The position numbers and the translations under genes are program-made. 64,000 nucleotides of DNA, taken from assembly GCA_964016885.1 (NCBI GenBank), contig OZ024749.1, positions 11,222,001 to 11,286,000 on the forward strand. The letters are read 5' to 3'. The stretch's first letter is position 1, and each line of letters opens with the position of its first letter. The notes beneath the pieces were generated by a model. That model was not told the origin of the DNA and ran no database searches. It saw only the letters and a program-made list of their open reading frames with translations. Positions 59,986 through 64,000 of the stretch are shown one piece after another. Source of the stretch: Eledone cirrhosa (Eukaryota).

Positions 59986-60959
59986 CTGTAAATAGAATAA
60001 ATAAAAAGAACTAAATAACTTGATTCATCATCATCATCATTTTTACATCTGTTTTCCTATGTTCGCTTGGGTTAGACCAGGAGTCGTCATCCAGTACATC
60101 TCCCTTTCTTTTTGTCATCTTTGTGGTATTCAAAATCCTCCAGAGATCAGCTTTCGTCACCTATGCCTACATCTTTCTCTTCCACAGAGAGATCAAGGTG
60201 ATATGGTGTAGGGGATGGAATTGGCCCCAGTATTGCACTGGTACTTTATTTATTGCCCCTGAAAGAATGAAAGGCAATGTTGACCTTGCTGGTATTTGAA
60301 CTCAGTGAACCACAAGAAATACTTGTGAAGCAGTTTTTTAATCCATTGTCCTAACGACCCTGCCAATTTGCTGATTATAATTATTAATTAACTCAGAAGG
60401 AGAAAGAATTAAAAGAATTTATTAGTTGATCTGATGTAATAATAATTGTTTCTACTTTTGGCACAAGGCCAATGATAATAATGATTTCTGAATTAGGCAC
60501 AAGGCCAGAAATTTGGGGGACAGGGAAAAGTCGATTAAATCAACCCCAGTGCATTACTGGTACTTTATTTTATCGACTCCCGTAAGGATGAAAGGCAAAG
60601 CTAACCTAGGCAAGATTTGAATTCAGATCGTAAAGGGCCGTAACGCTATGCCATACAGCATGTCGTCCGACGCTCTACCGATACTGCCAATCTCCCGCCC
60701 TTGATTTGATGTAATAATAATAATAATAATTTCTAAATTAGGCTCAAGGCCAGAAATTTGGGGGCAGGGGGAAAGTCGATGAAATCAATCCCCATAAGGA
60801 TGAAAGGCAAAGCTAACCTCGGAGGGATTTGAACTCAGAACGTAAAAGGCCGTAACTCTATGCTGCGAAGCAGGGTGTTCAACAGTCTCCCGAATACTGC
60901 CAAATAATAATGATAATAATGATGATAATATTCAATCAGTACCTTAAAACAACAGATGA

Positions 60960-62120
60960 CTGAATGATGAAAATGGTCGCAGTTCACGAAGGAAGGAAAA
61001 GGTTACATTCAGTCTCAAAGGAAAGTAGGGATTTGTGGAAGAACTGGGAATACAGTTTGAAAATAACAATGGTGATTCTGCAATTGAAGCTACAAAAAAT
61101 ATCAAAGTGTTGACAAAATCTGAAGGCCAACAGAGACTGCACTAAATGAGAGCAAAAACCATTGCATGGGCAGTATGTTCTCCATAGCAAAGAACCTGAT
61201 GCAGATCAAACTCTCACCCCTCAGTGAATGCTGACTTCTGGCGGAGAATGAGGGCTTCATTTTTGCTGCCCAAGACCAGTGTCTCCCAATGCGCAACTTT
61301 TACATCAATGTGATCAGAAATAGAATTGACTAAAAGTGTTGATTCTGTGATGAGCATGTTGAGACCATTGACCACCTGGTTTCAGGCTGCAAGGTATTAG
61401 CTGCCCAGGTATATAAAACGAGGCATGATAGAGTGGAGCAATACTTACACAGGGTAATGCGCAGGTTTTTAAGTTTGAAAATGGAGGGAAAATGGTTCAA
61501 CCATCACCCAGATGCAGTAAGAGGAGGCGAGAACACAACAATCCTCTGAAATTTCCCTGTGAATACTGACAGAACAATCAGGATGAACAGACCTGATATA
61601 ATTGTGAAGGACCATAAAGAGAAACCATGTTCCTTGATTGACTTGAGCATTCCATCAGATCGTAACATCTGGAAAAAGTTTGGAAAGCTCAGTAAGTATA
61701 AAGATCTATCAACTAAAATTGAGAAAGTGTGCCATCTTAACCCTTTAGCATTCACATTATTTTACATATACTATTATATTTGCATGGTAAAAGCTTTACC
61801 TCACATAATTATCTCACATAATATTGAATCTATGAGATTTTTTTTTAAAGTATTTATTTTGAGAACAATACCTTAACATCAGTTCCAGTGACCAGTTACA
61901 GCCAGTTTCAACAGAAAGAGGTAGAGAATTCTGGCCGGTTTTGGCCGGTTTGAACACTAAAGGGTTAAGGCCTGTACAATACCAGTCAGTGCACTTGAAA
62001 TGATAACAAAGGGTACTGAAAAATATTTGGACCAAAAATACTTGGAAAGCCATCACCAGAGATACAGAAAATAATGCTGACTGGTACTGTCCATGTCCTG
62101 AGCAGGGCATTATCAATTTA
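60960..62120 (+). mobile_element. R4/Dong-like LINE 3' fragment (CCHC finger and REL endonuclease), interrupted by a MITE
   Basis: EGFIFAAQDQ, C.FCDEHVETIDHLVSGC, RHDRV, TDRTIRMNRPDIIVKD...LIDLSIPSD...KLSKYKDL; (TAA)-rich flank at 60903-60930. Confidence 0.8.
61737..61968. mobile_element. piggyBac-type MITE
   Basis: TTAA|CCCTTTAG...CTAAAGGG|TTAA. Confidence 0.82.
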
Positions 62121-62199
62121 AAAACTTTGCAAAGACATTTACTCTAGTTTGTACCCTTGTGGCATCATTTGTGTGACAATTGATAATAGTAGTAGTAAT

Positions 62200-62880
62200 T
62201 ATTTCTTTTTATTTGCCACAAGGGCCAACAAAAAGGGAAAAATACAATAGACAGGGACAGTGGGCGCTTACAATAAAATCAAGTAAAATATATGAAAACA
62301 GATAACAATGAACAAAATTTATAACAATGAAAATTCCCCAATAGGGAGGAGGACCAGCTAGGAGTGATTTAGGAACCCCGCAAATCTTAAACCACCCGAC
62401 GCTCCAAATCAGCCAGCATGGTCAGAAGAATGGGCCCATTTACACAAGCCATCTTTGCAACATTCACCTAACTTTGAACAAATGTACTAAGGGGCAGCAC
62501 TTCCCTCTCCACCCTCACTTTCTTTTCCAAGTGAAACTTGGAAAAGTTGATGAGGGATTGGCCAAAGAGAAAAGTGTCTGTCTTCAGTCCTTTCAGTCTT
62601 GTCCACCACAAAACCTCTTTCACTACAACAAAGGAGAGGAAAACTGCCTACCCTTCCCAGCCAAAACAAGGTGGTGGGAAGATCTTCAGGATGGACTCGT
62701 CCAATAACCAGATTCTTCCTACATGTGATAACAGCTGTTCGACATAATTCCACAAGTCAGTAATGCACGGACACTGGACGAGTGTGTGCAGAATGGTTGC
62801 ATCGCAGGTCCGTCTGACCACACTTCTGTGCCTGTAGAGTTTATCTCAAACTGGCAGTGGACACGGCTTCCAAGTGGTAT
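62200..62880 (-). mobile_element. L1/Tx1-like LINE 3' fragment
   Basis: Minus strand TILHTLVQCPCITDLWNYVEQLLS (zf-RVT-like H..C motif); A-rich end near 62200. Confidence 0.5.
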
Positions 62881-63167
62881 ATGCATCAATATTGATTGAG
62901 AAAATAATGCAAAGACTAACTGCTTAGATTATATGTGAAATGAGGTCAGACAGCAAATATGTTAGTGAAAGGAAGAAATGGCAGTTAAAGTAGTGAGTAC
63001 AAGAAATACTAGCATAAAACCTCTTTTGATATATTTACACTAAAAATAGAGAATGTATTTATATAGAACTGATTAACATATGAAACTACAGGTGTTAACC
63101 AAATTGGTGACATATTTCACACAAGACACACCACACTCACACAGATGTTTCTGTGTGTGTGTCTGTA

Positions 63168-63512
63168 TATCATCATCATCATCATCATCATTTTACGTCT
63201 GCTTTTCCCTGCTTGCAAGGGTGGGACGGGAACTGATTCTGGCTTGGTTTCTACAGCTGGATGCCCTTCCTAACACCAACCTCATTTACAGTGAGTGCTG
63301 GGTGCTTTTTTCCCATGGCACCTCCACGACCACTTTGCAGTGGAATAATAGGGACCCGAGTCCCTATCATCTTATTTCTACAGCTGAGTAAACTGGAGCA
63401 ATTTGAAATAAAGTGTCTGGCTCAAGGAAACAACACATCACCCGGTCTGAGAATTGAACTCATAACCTTTCGATTGCAAGCCTAATGCTCTAACCACTAA
63501 GCCATGTGCCTC
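63168..63512 (-). mobile_element. tRNA-headed SINE with RTE tail
   Basis: Same family as 34950-35274. Confidence 0.85.
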
Positions 63513-63721
63513 TCTCTATATATATATATATATTATCCAAGAGAATACAAAATATATTGTATATACACAAAGAACATATTTCAAAGAAAAATATTGAGGA
63601 TCGATTACATAGGTTACGGTTTACAAGGTATGAAATAGCGCTATCAGGAATTTTATTTGTTTCATCTAAAGTACATATTTTTCTTTGAAATATGTGCTTT
63701 GTATATATATATACAATCTCT

Positions 63722-64000
63722 GGAGGCACATGGCTTAGTGGTTAGAACATTGGCCTTGCAATCGAAAGGTTGTGAGTACAATTTTCAAACCGGGTGATGT
63801 GTTGTTTCCTTGAGCAAGACACTTTATTTCAAATTGCTCCAGTTTACTCAGCTGTAGAAATGAGATGATAGGGACTCGGGTCCCTATCATTCCACTGCAG
63901 AGTGGTCGTGGAGGTGCCACAGCAAAAAAGCACACAGCTCACACTGTAAAGTGGGCATGTAGGCGCCACGGAAAAAAAAGCACCCAGTACTCACTGTAAA
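63722..64000 (+). mobile_element. tRNA-headed SINE with RTE tail (runs off window)
   Basis: gaggcacatggcttagtggttagaacattggcc...; head-to-head with 63168-63512. Confidence 0.85.

Noticed and set aside
60000-64000. TDH N-terminal exon with the GxxGxxG NAD-binding motif
   Set aside because: Not found by eye on the minus strand; presumably upstream of the window.

Overview
This is eukaryotic, AT-rich, repeat-dense DNA, not a prokaryotic window. The repeat families and (TA)n/(TACA)n tracts look like a coleoid cephalopod, most likely Octopus; that assignment is inference. The only host gene I can support is a minus-strand L-threonine 3-dehydrogenase (TDH). Six GT-AG exons with consistent phases run from 59985 to the stop at 38969, and the N-terminal exon(s) lie beyond the window. 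The rest is LINE fragments (RTE, CR1-like, R4/Dong-like, L1/Tx1-like), two Penelope-like elements, tRNA-derived SINEs, piggyBac/hAT/mariner/Helitron-type DNA elements, and mini- and microsatellites. The long YI/YM ORFs in the track are microsatellite artefacts. The most striking structure is a 310-bp tandem array (23524-26265) in which every unit carries a minimal type I hammerhead ribozyme, the layout of a non-LTR retrozyme (predicted 310-nt circular RNA). The array flips orientation at 25096/25097. At least four other unrelated hammerhead-bearing sequences occur nearby. Two of them are head-to-head palindromes with 3' ends running into (TA)n, and two Penelope-like RT/GIY-YIG elements are candidate mobilisers.
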